DNA from: a virus
IMG/VR virus record: IMGVR_UViG_3300004369_000011
Location: 1 to 64,000 of that record
Strand: one strand, 5' to 3'
Length of the DNA: 64,000 bases
Below are positions 9,553 through 19,176 of the stretch, piece after piece; the first letter of the stretch is position 1, and every line of letters starts with the position of its first letter. The notes under the pieces are model-generated. The model had not been told where the DNA came from, ran no database searches, and saw only the letters and a list, made by a program, of their open reading frames with translations. The translations under genes and the position numbers were made by a program.

Positions 9553-9996
9553 TTAAAAATTAAGTCCGCCCTCCGTTCCGTAGCGAGCGTAAGCCCCCGC
9601 GTGGGGCTCGGCAACGGCTTGACACTTTCTTAAAGCGGCTTGCATCTGCCCTTTGTAAAATTCAGTTGCTTTACCTTGCCCCGCTCTTCCAGCTAAATCG
9701 CGTAAATGTCTTTCTACATTCAACGCGGGAGCGCATCCCTGAATATCTCTGAGTTGTTGAGGGCCTACAGGGCCGCTAAATTCTGTAACTAAATCAATTA
9801 TTTGAGGAATAGCGTCTAATCCGCCTGTGGCTGCCGTGGCAGCTAGTCCTCCTCCACCCACGATTACAGCATTTTTTACGCGTTGCTCCAAACTAGGTTC
9901 TTTTGGATTAAAAAGCTCTGCTCCTACAGCAAAAGCGTCGCCTACGAGGGGCAAACCTCGACCAATTTGCCCTGCAATACGTCTTATGGGGGGCAT
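9553..9996 (-). CDS. hypothetical protein with N-terminal RIAG motif
   Basis: own TAGAAT upstream on the - strand (10025-10030). Confidence 0.55.
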   Translation of the reverse strand: MPPIRRIAGQIGRGLPLVGDAFAVGAELFNPKEPSLEQRVKNAVIVGGGGLAATAATGGLDAIPQIIDLVTEFSGPVGPQQLRDIQGCAPALNVERHLRDLAGRAGQGKATEFYKGQMQAALRKCQAVAEPHAGAYARYGTEGGLNF

Positions 9997-10073
9997 TATT
10001 TTTTGTTTCAGCTTTGTTGGCTCTATTCTACGGGTTTTTGGTCTAAAGTACTGTTCACATACTGTTCTTACGT

Positions 10074-10508
10074 ATGCCTGCGACTATCTACAAACCTAGC
10101 GGCGTAAAAGTCGAGGTCATCTCCACTCACGATGATGGTGAGTACTTTATGGTTCGGTCAAACACCACTGGGAAGGTGTTTTTTGCCCATAAGGACCAGC
10201 TTGATGCCAATGCAGAGGATAAAAGTGGCGAGTTTGGCGAAAAACCCGTGTCAAATCGCCGAAATCGGCGACAAGTTGCTGTGGTTAAGCCCCAAGTGCC
10301 TCTTGATAACCGTTTAAATTTAAATAATCTGACTGCGGAGGGCTTGACCCAAAGTCTTCCGGGTATCGGACTCAAAACAGCTCAAGAAATTGTTGATCTC
10401 AGGCAGTCACTGCCGGGTGAACGGTTTACAAAACTAGATCAGCTCAAATCAATTAAAAAAATTGAGTGGGACGAGGTGTTTGCGACTGGATCTGTGTATG
10501 TGGAATGA
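10074..10508 (+). CDS. helix-hairpin-helix (ComEA-like) DNA-binding protein
   Basis: LNLNNLTAEGL..LPGIGLKTAQEIVDLR...FTKLDQL. Confidence 0.75.
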   Translation: MPATIYKPSGVKVEVISTHDDGEYFMVRSNTTGKVFFAHKDQLDANAEDKSGEFGEKPVSNRRNRRQVAVVKPQVPLDNRLNLNNLTAEGLTQSLPGIGLKTAQEIVDLRQSLPGERFTKLDQLKSIKKIEWDEVFATGSVYVE

Positions 10509-10585
10509 ATTTAGAACTTCTGTATTAGTTCTCTAGAACTTTGAAGATTCGCGTAGAATAACTCTACGGACCGGTTAAAAGTGTC

Positions 10586-11206
10586 ATGTCCCAGTTGTCT
10601 ACACAAGAACTGGAGCAAATCCAGAGCTATCTAGCGCAACAGGGTGTCGTATTTCAACCTACGACAACAGACGCTACTAAGAGAGAGGTAATATACGCTG
10701 CAGTTAATCAGATAACCAGGAACCCTGCACAGGTTTTTGGTTATAAATTAGATGATTATAACTTTAGTCGTGTTGCATATCACTTGGGTTACAACATAGC
10801 AACTGTGCCCGCTGGGGACTACGCTAGGTTACTAGAAGCTTGTAGTAGCGTTCCGAGTGAGTTTTATTACGATAAAATTGTTCAACAAACAGAGCGTTGT
10901 GAAGATGCAGAGCGTCTTACAGAGCTTGCCACGGGTAGGGCTACCAGTCGTCAAGAAACCATTCTTGGGGACGTGTCACGTTCTATTAATATTCAAGACA
11001 AACGAGAAACAGCTCGCATTTGGCGAGAGAACTATCTGTACGAGTGTGATCGATTAGCACATATGCTTTATGTGCCTAATTATCGCGACCCCGTGGCCGC
11101 TCGGTACCGCTTTGAGAGATCTGGAGGTGAGTTCATACAAGCAATTCCTGGTCCGCCTGATGTATCACGATCCGATCGACTGTATTTCTATGCGAATTGG
11201 CGCTAA
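10586..11206 (+). CDS. putative head-completion/adaptor protein
   Basis: helical 206-aa protein in the structural module; inference from position. Confidence 0.4.
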   Translation: MSQLSTQELEQIQSYLAQQGVVFQPTTTDATKREVIYAAVNQITRNPAQVFGYKLDDYNFSRVAYHLGYNIATVPAGDYARLLEACSSVPSEFYYDKIVQQTERCEDAERLTELATGRATSRQETILGDVSRSINIQDKRETARIWRENYLYECDRLAHMLYVPNYRDPVAARYRFERSGGEFIQAIPGPPDVSRSDRLYFYANWR

Positions 11207-11237
11207 ACTCGGTGTAGGAAAATAGTTATTTACAGCC

Positions 11238-12836
11238 GTGTCGCCTAAAGCTGATCTCTTACGCGGAATTCTGGGTGCTGTTGAGCAGGGCGGTGACGTC
11301 TTAATGAATGTGCTGAGGGGTCTTCCTCGGCAAGACGCACAAGCTGTACGTCAAGTTTTGCAACAAGCTACCCCTAGCTCAGCTTCTGCCCGTCAGCTTT
11401 CCCTACCTCTTCGTGAGTCTGCTGGTTCTCGTACCCTGGCTCCTACCGCCACGCGGAGCGGTCGAGTAACTCCTGCAGATACTTCCGTAGGCGGGCGGAT
11501 GTATAACCCCAGTTCGGCTGCTAGTCCGCGCAATATGGAAACTGTTCGTCTTTCGCAGCAACCTCGCGCAGTTGATACTTTTAATCCCCTTACTCCCACT
11601 CCGCGTGGGCAGATGTCAATCGACGCGGCTCCCGTTCCCGCTTTTGGTGAAGGATTTAAATTCGGCCCTGCCCCTACAAACGCAGTTGTGCCTCTGAGTC
11701 CTCGCGCTGTGGAATTGGCTCAGGCCGATCCCGGTACTTTTAATTCGATTCGACAAATTGCCACTGACGCTGAGAATTACTATGGCATTCGTCAAGGAGG
11801 CCTGGTAAATGCTCTAGTCGAACCCGGCGGTACAGATGTTTTGCGCTATTTAGATGCGGGTGATGATCTGGCCTCTGCTGTGAGCAAAGCAAGAGGAGGT
11901 GCTCTTGCACCTACGGGTTCGGCAGATCTTATGACCCCTGGCGTAGATGTTAATGATTTAGGGTCTGTTGCTGGGCAAAGGCAGGCTATGCGAAATAGTG
12001 CTGCTGGAGTTCAAATGGGTGATTTAAGTCGAATGCTTGACCCTAAGATGCTGGCTCTTATGGGGGGCAGCGCTGCTGCAGGTCTTGCTTTAGGAAATAT
12101 AGGGAATATTGCTTCTTCCTTTAACGAAGGAGGCGGTGCTCCCGGCGCAGGCGAAACTCCTCTTCCTCAAGAGTTTCCTCAAGCTCCCGTTTTATTTCGA
12201 GACAATAGTGGGACCCCCCTAGGTGAGGAGTCCTCAGCTTACGAACCTCCTGCATACACTCGTTCTACTGGAGATCCAACGCAACCGGCTCCAGTAGTTA
12301 CCCGTGGCGATGAGCGCTCCAGTGCGCGTCGTCAAGCTCTTGCTCAGTATGCCCCCACGGAAGCTGCGATGGACAGGGCCTTAGAACCAAAAGACCCCAG
12401 TCAATATCGCAGTATTGAAGATTACTACAAAGCTAGGCAGGCTTACTCAAGCGCTCCCACTAAGCGTCAAGAGTTGGTTCAAGCCGCTCGGCAAATGGAA
12501 CAAGAGCAAGCAATGCAAGACAATTTGGCTTCCTGGGCAGATGCAAATCCCCAGCTCATGTATGAGTTACAACGGCGGCAAATGATTAATCCCGCTGCTA
12601 ACCAGCAAAGCGGGGATTCTGTAACCACAAGCCGCGTGGTCTCTCCTATGGGCTCGGACAACACAGCTAACGCCGTGGGTAATTCAATCGCTGCAGGAGA
12701 AACTGCAACTCAACCTAGTCAAGGTGCGTTTGAAATGATGGATGCTACTCGGCCTATGGAGCAACCTGAGTTACAACGCGTACAAGATTTTATCTCTCGT
12801 ATGGCACCACGCAGTCGTGCTTACGGCGGTTATTGA
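11238..12836 (+). CDS. putative internal virion (ejection) protein
   Basis: A/Q/P-rich with no Cys, one hydrophobic G/A-rich segment. Confidence 0.4.
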   Translation: MSPKADLLRGILGAVEQGGDVLMNVLRGLPRQDAQAVRQVLQQATPSSASARQLSLPLRESAGSRTLAPTATRSGRVTPADTSVGGRMYNPSSAASPRNMETVRLSQQPRAVDTFNPLTPTPRGQMSIDAAPVPAFGEGFKFGPAPTNAVVPLSPRAVELAQADPGTFNSIRQIATDAENYYGIRQGGLVNALVEPGGTDVLRYLDAGDDLASAVSKARGGALAPTGSADLMTPGVDVNDLGSVAGQRQAMRNSAAGVQMGDLSRMLDPKMLALMGGSAAAGLALGNIGNIASSFNEGGGAPGAGETPLPQEFPQAPVLFRDNSGTPLGEESSAYEPPAYTRSTGDPTQPAPVVTRGDERSSARRQALAQYAPTEAAMDRALEPKDPSQYRSIEDYYKARQAYSSAPTKRQELVQAARQMEQEQAMQDNLASWADANPQLMYELQRRQMINPAANQQSGDSVTTSRVVSPMGSDNTANAVGNSIAAGETATQPSQGAFEMMDATRPMEQPELQRVQDFISRMAPRSRAYGGY

Positions 12837-12864
12837 TAGTAAACTAGTTTATCGGAACAAACGT

Positions 12865-13389
12865 ATGTCTTACAGCGGTTTTCCTACGGGATTTTCTTTA
12901 GAGTCCGTCATTGGAAACATTGATCCCTATGTCTCTTCGCTGGACCCCAAGGGAGCAATGGGTGTAGGGGAGTTTGCTCCTATGGACGACGGGTTCTTTA
13001 GTGGACCCTATTCCACTGCTTATGATCCGGAAGGAGGTAGGGGCAACTCATTTATTCGAGACCTCGGAAATTTTGCCGAGGAAATAACTCCAATTTTAGG
13101 AGGAACCGACGATATCATTAGGGCCATTAAAGGGATGCCCCGACGGGCAAACCGTTTTGCCGGTGAAGGCTTAGGAGGCTATTTTGATCGTCAACGTGGA
13201 ATGAGGGAGATAGCCCAAGAAGCTTTTAGGCCTTCACGCCCTGTTCAATCAGAAGCAGAAAATATTTCACAAGATTTGCAAATTGCTCTTCCGGAAAGAA
13301 TGGCTGAAATTTTTCGTAGAGGTCTGGGTTTAGGCACAGAGACGAAACAAGGGCCTACTCGCTTACCGGTGATTCCCTTCCGCGATTGA
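12865..13389 (+). CDS. hypothetical, putative internal virion protein with RFAG motif
   Basis: ATG at 12865 after TAAACT; Cys-free. Confidence 0.5.
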   Translation: MSYSGFPTGFSLESVIGNIDPYVSSLDPKGAMGVGEFAPMDDGFFSGPYSTAYDPEGGRGNSFIRDLGNFAEEITPILGGTDDIIRAIKGMPRRANRFAGEGLGGYFDRQRGMREIAQEAFRPSRPVQSEAENISQDLQIALPERMAEIFRRGLGLGTETKQGPTRLPVIPFRD

Positions 13390-13483
13390 AGCTCAGGAGC
13401 CAGTAATTTCCCGCGTGGTTTGCAGTAGAATTTCTTTAATTCCCTAGCAGGCTAAAACCGAAAGGTTATAAAGCCAAGACGTA

Positions 13484-14038
13484 GTGGCGAGCACTTCGAC
13501 CAACAAGTCCCCCCTCATGGTGGACCGCCCTTTTCTTCGGGGCGCACGACTTACTAGCGCCACTTCTATTGTTGATTCGTCCAATCCTAGTTTTGGTGAT
13601 TTAGTTCAATTAGTTCGTGTAGGGGATATTCCTTCGGAAGATGGGGCTTTAGTCGAAGATCTTTTTGTTGTTTCCAACGAAGGTTACCCAAATAATAGTG
13701 GAGTCCGCTCGGCTGCTTTTGGAGTTTACGTTTATGCTCCTAATCAAGCAGCTCCTTCTACGTCGGCTTCCTTGATGATTGGGAAGTTCGAGGTTGGTTT
13801 ATCCGGAGATACGGAAGGTCTCATTCAACGTGTTGAGCTGCCTGCGATGGTTGCTCCCACCCCCCAAACAGGTGATACCAACCTTGTTCGTCCTATTGAA
13901 ATTGGTAAAGCAGAAGGTCTTTATTTAGAAAAAGGCTACATTCTCTGCGTTGGCTACTTAGGTAACGGACCTGCTTCTGTTTCTGGTGGTTTAAGCCCCT
14001 CGGGTATTACGATCGCGGCTCAAGGTGGTTTTTATTAA
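13484..14038 (+). CDS. putative structural protein
   Basis: beta-rich composition; TAGAAT upstream. Confidence 0.5.
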   Translation: MASTSTNKSPLMVDRPFLRGARLTSATSIVDSSNPSFGDLVQLVRVGDIPSEDGALVEDLFVVSNEGYPNNSGVRSAAFGVYVYAPNQAAPSTSASLMIGKFEVGLSGDTEGLIQRVELPAMVAPTPQTGDTNLVRPIEIGKAEGLYLEKGYILCVGYLGNGPASVSGGLSPSGITIAAQGGFY

Positions 14039-14041
14039 TCC

Positions 14042-15589
14042 GTGGCTAAAAAACGAGGCGCAGATAACTTTTCGCCTAATGGTCCAAGACCACTTGGTCC
14101 TTTTAAACCTATTTCAAAACTTGTTGGATCTGATAAAAAATCTCAATTTTTACGTCCGTTACCTTTTAACCGTAAATTTAGACCAGTAACCAGTACAAAA
14201 GACTATAGCAACAGTGTCGTAAGTGAGTACAACTATGCTTCTCTCTGGTCACGTTGGCGCCGTGGCTATGAACTTAGCATGTACGCACAAAACGCATACG
14301 GTGGTTTAGTCTACTCTTCTTTTAAATATTATGCCTCTGGTACGGCTGGTGTAGGTGGTTTTATTCCTGGTTTATTTTTTGCTTACCCATCACAGCGTAG
14401 TGATATGCGAATGCACATGGTGGGTATTCGTCCACGGGATACATTTAACTTTTTGGATTTTGGTATTTCAGTTCAATCTGTTACTCAATACGATTCAACT
14501 ACGTTTGCAGTTGTTTTAAGCCAGCGGTTTGGCGCTCCTATTTCATTTTTTACTGGAGAAATACTGTCCAATAGATTTAACGCTGACGGTACGGATAAAT
14601 TGGTTGGGTACAACAACTACACCGTTACAGCCGTGGGTTTTAACGGGGTAATCACAACTCCTAGCATTAATCCAGATTTTAATACCTTATTTTTGTCAGT
14701 TACTGACGATAAGAGTTGGTTTGTAGATAACTCAGGTGATTTAGTTATACCGGCTACAGGGCCTCCTTTAGCGGGGGAGTTTTTAACAACAGAAGTTAGA
14801 ATTCAGTGTTCTTGTCAAGATTTTTTAAGTCGAGAAAGTTTTAATTTTTATAATCTTTCTCTAAAACAAAAGTATCCCTATACAAATATATTAAACATTG
14901 ATCCTGGTTTTTTTGACGCCGGTTCTACCGCTTCTGAACGAATTAGTCCTTCAATGGACTATCCGGGTTACGCTAGAACTTTTGGTTTTGTTTACTTAAA
15001 TAAAGTTTATACAATTCCTCCTAAGGCCGACCTACTAGCTAATTACTCTGATCCCTCTTTATTTTATTTCCAACCTAGATGGTGTAAGCATATATACGCT
15101 GCCTATTGGGATATGCAACGTAGATTTGATTTATTTAGCGTAACTAATTTTCGCTTGTATCAGCCCAATGATGAGCCGATGGACGAATATTATCGCGAAA
15201 AATTTGAAGTTGAGCTAGAAAAACAAACTACTTTCTTAAAACGAGAGGAAGATCTTGTTTGGTGGTTACGGTACAGTCCTTCTCTTGGCGGACTACCAAA
15301 GCATCTTATGTATTCTGATAAGTACAATATGATTGCTAAAACACTAAATTTTGGTCAATTAGATGACATAACTGAGCTTCAAGATACAAATTTTGAACTT
15401 TTTACTATAGATCAGTTTAATCCTTTGTCTCCTGGTAGTTTTCCGAGAGAAATTTATGACGGGGGGAGTTACGCTAATGGAGTACGTATTTCTAGTTCAT
15501 CGAACGTTTTGGATGGTGGCCAGTATAGTAATGGTGTTCCTTTACCGCCAAGCGGTCCCCCTACTTTTATAAACGGAGGCACTTATTAG
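14042..15589 (+). CDS. putative structural protein with split SWIM-type Zn motif and three C-terminal (D/N)GGxY motifs
   Basis: CSC...CKH; DGGSY, DGGQY and NGGTY. Confidence 0.5.
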   Translation: MAKKRGADNFSPNGPRPLGPFKPISKLVGSDKKSQFLRPLPFNRKFRPVTSTKDYSNSVVSEYNYASLWSRWRRGYELSMYAQNAYGGLVYSSFKYYASGTAGVGGFIPGLFFAYPSQRSDMRMHMVGIRPRDTFNFLDFGISVQSVTQYDSTTFAVVLSQRFGAPISFFTGEILSNRFNADGTDKLVGYNNYTVTAVGFNGVITTPSINPDFNTLFLSVTDDKSWFVDNSGDLVIPATGPPLAGEFLTTEVRIQCSCQDFLSRESFNFYNLSLKQKYPYTNILNIDPGFFDAGSTASERISPSMDYPGYARTFGFVYLNKVYTIPPKADLLANYSDPSLFYFQPRWCKHIYAAYWDMQRRFDLFSVTNFRLYQPNDEPMDEYYREKFEVELEKQTTFLKREEDLVWWLRYSPSLGGLPKHLMYSDKYNMIAKTLNFGQLDDITELQDTNFELFTIDQFNPLSPGSFPREIYDGGSYANGVRISSSSNVLDGGQYSNGVPLPPSGPPTFINGGTY

Positions 15590-15590
15590 T

Positions 15591-16169
15591 ATGACATCAA
15601 TTCCGGTAACTTCTCTTTTATTGAGATCTGGTAATGCTTCAGATAGACCTAGTGGCAATAGTTTCGTTAACGGAGAGCTTGCTATTAATTTTGGCGCCGC
15701 CGATCCAGGACTTTATTTTGAAGATTCTGCTGGAGGCGTAATCAAAGTCGGCCCTTCCACTTATGGAGTGAACCCTCCCAATGCAACTCCCGTAGGTTTA
15801 GCAGGTAATTCACCAGGCGAAATCTGGACGGACTCCACTACCTCTGCCTATTATCTAAAAGTCTGGAACGGCACAGCGTGGCAGAAGATTGGTGCCGCTT
15901 TTGCTGACAATGCTCTGCAAGCCAGCGTAACAATAGCCTCTGGTGCTTTATTTGCTAACTCAGCTCTAGTTGCTTCAGGTGCTTTATTTGCTAACTCAGC
16001 TCTAGTTGCTTCAGGTGTCTTAACTGCTACCGGAGTAGCTTGTGCTGATATTTATACAGGAACTTTAACCGGTACTGCACCTAGTGGATCTCTTCGGTAT
16101 AAAACCGATGACACTAGCAGCCCTAGCGGTCTTTATGTTGCTTTTGCCGGAGGCTGGGCGCTAACTTAA
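15591..16169 (+). CDS. short tail-fibre-like protein
   Basis: LRSGNASDRPS..GELAINF N-terminus and GEIWTD..LKVWNGTAW motif. Confidence 0.6.
   Translation: MTSIPVTSLLLRSGNASDRPSGNSFVNGELAINFGAADPGLYFEDSAGGVIKVGPSTYGVNPPNATPVGLAGNSPGEIWTDSTTSAYYLKVWNGTAWQKIGAAFADNALQASVTIASGALFANSALVASGALFANSALVASGVLTATGVACADIYTGTLTGTAPSGSLRYKTDDTSSPSGLYVAFAGGWALT
15942..16013 (+). repeat. perfect 36-bp tandem duplication (GALFANSALVAS x2)
   Basis: ggtgctttatttgctaactcagctctagttgcttca occurs twice in tandem. Confidence 0.9.
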
Positions 16170-16714
16170 ATAGCGCTCCCTTTGCGCAGAGTGGCCTTAA
16201 GCATCCAAGCGGATTTGAAGTAGTGCCCAAGTATTGTGGCTACTTCGTTTTCGACATCTGGTGCTCCAATTTCTCGCGCCATATTCACAACTTCTTTACC
16301 CATAAGCCCCGCAGTCTCAAGATTTTTTGTGTAGGTAGTCAGGCCTTCGGTGGCGTCATAAGATTTGACATGTTTAAATTCTTTACACATCCCCAGTAAA
16401 CCTTTTTGACACATCGGGAGCAGGAAGTCCATGCTCCTAACAAGTTCACTTAATACATCGAAATCAGCAATGTGCTGTTCGTACTGTTTTCCGAGGAATT
16501 TATGGACAGACAGAAATAGAGGTGTTTCTAGATTTAGGTGGAGTAGATGTGCTTGCGTATTTAAGTGGTAGGTAAAAGACGCGTAACTGACGAGTTTGTA
16601 AACGAGGTTTTCGACAGTCGCTTCTTTTACCATTACAACCTCCTCTGTAATTACTTCTTCCCTCGGAGCTTCGGCTGCTGCTTGGAAGATTTGCTGCAAA
16701 GTAGAGGAGGTCAT
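16166..16714 (-). CDS. dps: Dps/ferritin-like protein
   Basis: HLNL...FLSVH.FL..QY....D..SE and KSAWML match the Dps HWNV/LH/D..AE/WML pattern. Confidence 0.7.
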   Translation of the reverse strand: MTSSTLQQIFQAAAEAPREEVITEEVVMVKEATVENLVYKLVSYASFTYHLNTQAHLLHLNLETPLFLSVHKFLGKQYEQHIADFDVLSELVRSMDFLLPMCQKGLLGMCKEFKHVKSYDATEGLTTYTKNLETAGLMGKEVVNMAREIGAPDVENEVATILGHYFKSAWMLKATLRKGSAI

Positions 16715-16723
16715 CTAACCGTA

Positions 16724-16978
16724 CTAGTAACCGCAGACTGCGGGAGTCTCTTCCAGTTTAGTCTCTTCCTCATCTCCTTTCAAATAATTTTGAAGAGACT
16801 CTTGGTTGATGCGGTATAAAGATTTAGCTCCGTTTGGTTGCAGATTGACAAAAGTTGCTTTCGGCCATCCGCCAAGTTGATTCGATTCGGTTAGGGCGAT
16901 CCGCTTGCGCACAAAGCCTGCAGAACAGTTCAGCAGCTCAGCGGTCTGAGCAATGGTAAGAAGCTTCGCGGGTTCCAT
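16724..16978 (-). CDS. excisionase-like HTH DNA-binding protein
   Basis: LLTIAQTAELLNCSAGFVRKRI ... LYRIN. Confidence 0.6.
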   Translation of the reverse strand: MEPAKLLTIAQTAELLNCSAGFVRKRIALTESNQLGGWPKATFVNLQPNGAKSLYRINQESLQNYLKGDEEETKLEETPAVCGY

Positions 16979-17110
16979 GAAATACAGGTGTTGAATAAAC
17001 ACAACGTAAGAAGATTAGCAGGGATTTGCGTTAAATGACTGCGTGAGTTTTTCTTACGGCGTTTCTTTAGGTTTGGGTTTAGTATCATAAGACAAGAGTC
17101 AAGGCACCCC

Positions 17111-17362
17111 GTGGCGAAAATTCGTATCGCTGGTGAGGTTTTTTCAGGGTATAACAAACCTCGGCCAGACTCTGATGGGGGTAAAAAATCTGCTGTTGCT
17201 GCTAAAGAGGGAGATACTGTGCGTTTAGTGCGCTTTGGAGACCCCAACATGACCATTAAAAAACATATTCCTGAGCGTCGCGCAAATTTTCGAGCTAGGC
17301 ATAATTGTGACAACCCCGGTAGCAAGCTCAAAGCTCGTTATTGGAGTTGTAAGGCCTGGTAG
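17111..17362 (+). CDS. conserved small basic phage protein (DUF6321-like)
   Basis: VRFGDPNM..K...RRANFRARHNC....ARYWSCK.W. Confidence 0.7.
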   Translation: MAKIRIAGEVFSGYNKPRPDSDGGKKSAVAAKEGDTVRLVRFGDPNMTIKKHIPERRANFRARHNCDNPGSKLKARYWSCKAW

Positions 17363-17403
17363 GACGACTAGACTCCCTCTACTAGAATTAAAAGAGCAGA
17401 TCT

Positions 17404-17643
17404 ATGGACGTGTCCTCTCACCAGGGAAACCTAAATATCGGTTTGACTCTGGAAGATGAGTTTACGCTTACTCGTATACGTAATGCGGCTACGGAGCTTT
17501 CAGGCAAAGCGAGGGATCAGTATCTGTGGGCCAGAATCTATCGCTTTGTATGCCGTGAAAGAGCGTATAAGGCAGTAGCAGACGAACTGGGAGTGATTAT
17601 TGACACTAATATAAATATATTCGACCAAGAGCAAGCGGAGTAG
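17404..17643 (+). CDS. nblA: NblA-like phycobilisome degradation protein
   Basis: LTLEDEF...LS...YL...V.RE.AYK aligns without gaps to the NblA pattern LSLEQQF...MS...FL...VVRE.TY (recalled). Confidence 0.65.
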   Translation: MDVSSHQGNLNIGLTLEDEFTLTRIRNAATELSGKARDQYLWARIYRFVCRERAYKAVADELGVIIDTNINIFDQEQAE

Positions 17644-17645
17644 AC

Positions 17646-18518
17646 ATGAGTAAAGCTATAACTCCCGCAGAGAGGCAGTGGCTTAATTTAATTTCGTACG
17701 CTGAGGGCACTTGGAACCCCAAGTCAGGACCCCAGTACAACATGATGTTTACAGGGAAGCGATTTAACGATCTCAGGCGTCACCCCGATATTGTTAATAA
17801 AAGTCCTGGTTACGCTAGTAGTGCCGCAGGAGCCTATCAATTTGTAACACCCACTTGGCGTGGGGTCAGTCAGCGAGAAGGATTAAAAGATTTTGGCCCA
17901 AGATCTCAAGATTTAGGGGCTCTTCATCTTATTCGTCAACGCGGAGTGGATCCAGCTCGCGATCCGATTACACCTCAAACAGTTGCCAAGTTGGCTCCCG
18001 AATGGGCTTCATTACCTACACTTCAAGGTCGTAGTTTCCACGGACAACCTGTTAAATCTTACGGAACTTTAATCAATTTTCTTAAACAGCAAGGAGGTTT
18101 TGTCCCTCAGAATGTGGCGCCTGCTGCTCCTCAACTCCCTTCCTCAACCGGTTCAAATCAAAATCAATCTTCTACGGGATCCAGTGAGGAGGAGCGCTTA
18201 ATTGCAGAAAGTCTTAGTCGTTCTTTGTTAGACAGCACGCTTAAATCTTTAGTTAACCCTCAAGGAGCGGCGGTCCTCTCTCGGTTAGCTCCTCCTCCGT
18301 TACCCTCTGCTTCTGAAGAAGAACAAACTACAGCAGATGAAGGAGATACCGAAAGTTTGTTACTTGCACTAAGTGAGCGTTTGGGAGCCATAGAGGATGA
18401 AGTTTTGGAAACTTCTAGGCCAAACCCAGCATCAGAGGCGCTTAAAACGCAAGAACGTATGCAACAGCTTATGCGGTCTGCTCAGCAAGCGTTTCAACCA
18501 GGAGTATCCGTTATTTAA
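17646..18518 (+). CDS. lambda-R-type lytic transglycosylase/muramidase with C-terminal extension, probably virion-associated
   Basis: ISYAEGT, SSAAGAYQF, SQD and EWASLP motifs. Confidence 0.8.
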   Translation: MSKAITPAERQWLNLISYAEGTWNPKSGPQYNMMFTGKRFNDLRRHPDIVNKSPGYASSAAGAYQFVTPTWRGVSQREGLKDFGPRSQDLGALHLIRQRGVDPARDPITPQTVAKLAPEWASLPTLQGRSFHGQPVKSYGTLINFLKQQGGFVPQNVAPAAPQLPSSTGSNQNQSSTGSSEEERLIAESLSRSLLDSTLKSLVNPQGAAVLSRLAPPPLPSASEEEQTTADEGDTESLLLALSERLGAIEDEVLETSRPNPASEALKTQERMQQLMRSAQQAFQPGVSVI

Positions 18519-18549
18519 CCGTATAATGTAGAAAAGAGGGCGTTTTACC

Positions 18550-19176
18550 GTGGCCAACTCATTCTTTGGTGATCTTGCCGGAGCATTACCTAAGATAGGG
18601 GGTGCGGTACGCGCTGGCCGAGATATTTTTGACACTGTTGAAGGTAATTCCAAGGGCTTGGCTTTTGATGATCAATATGTCAAAAAAACTACAGAGGAAT
18701 TAGATAGACGAGCAGCGGACACGTTGCAGCAGATTCGCGATGTATTTGCAGAAGTCAGCGGCTTAACGGGTATTGGCACGGCTGACGCTGTTCAAAGTTA
18801 TATGAATCGATTTAAAGATTATTTTGAGCCTACTATTGCTAAATACAGCGAAAATGTATACGGTTTTCAACCAGATGTAACTAAGTCTTATGCGACTGCT
18901 GCTGGGCGTATTGACGATATGACAAAGCAATATAGTTTGCTAAATCGCCCAGGGTATATGGAGATGGCCCGGAACCCAGACACAGTTAAAGTTGACCCCT
19001 CGGCAATTACTAGCATTGCGACAGATTATTACACATCGCCACAGGCGGCTAAAAATTACGATTACAGCGGCCCCCAGACACAAGCTCTGATCCGTGGGCG
19101 GACAGGAGCTATCGATGAAATTGCAAGTGCGTACGCTAATCCTAATGTCAAAGCTTTAATGAACTACAACTACTGA
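18550..19176 (+). CDS. hypothetical, putative internal virion protein
   Basis: TATAAT upstream; Cys-free helical ORF. Confidence 0.5.
   Translation: MANSFFGDLAGALPKIGGAVRAGRDIFDTVEGNSKGLAFDDQYVKKTTEELDRRAADTLQQIRDVFAEVSGLTGIGTADAVQSYMNRFKDYFEPTIAKYSENVYGFQPDVTKSYATAAGRIDDMTKQYSLLNRPGYMEMARNPDTVKVDPSAITSIATDYYTSPQAAKNYDYSGPQTQALIRGRTGAIDEIASAYANPNVKALMNYNY

Noticed and set aside
9827-10107. Short + strand ORFs
   Set aside because: Antisense to 9553-9996, which has its own -10 box and more protein-like composition.
10074-10508. Possible PsbU photosynthesis gene
   Set aside because: No signal peptide; the LPGIG HhH pattern fits ComEA-like DNA binders better.
16724-17002. Excisionase-like HTH as evidence of lysogeny
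   Set aside because: No integrase, repressor pair or att site was seen; such HTH proteins are common in lytic phages.
16930-17331. 133-aa - strand ORF
   Set aside because: Overlaps the well-supported + strand gene 17111-17362 and a divergent promoter gap.
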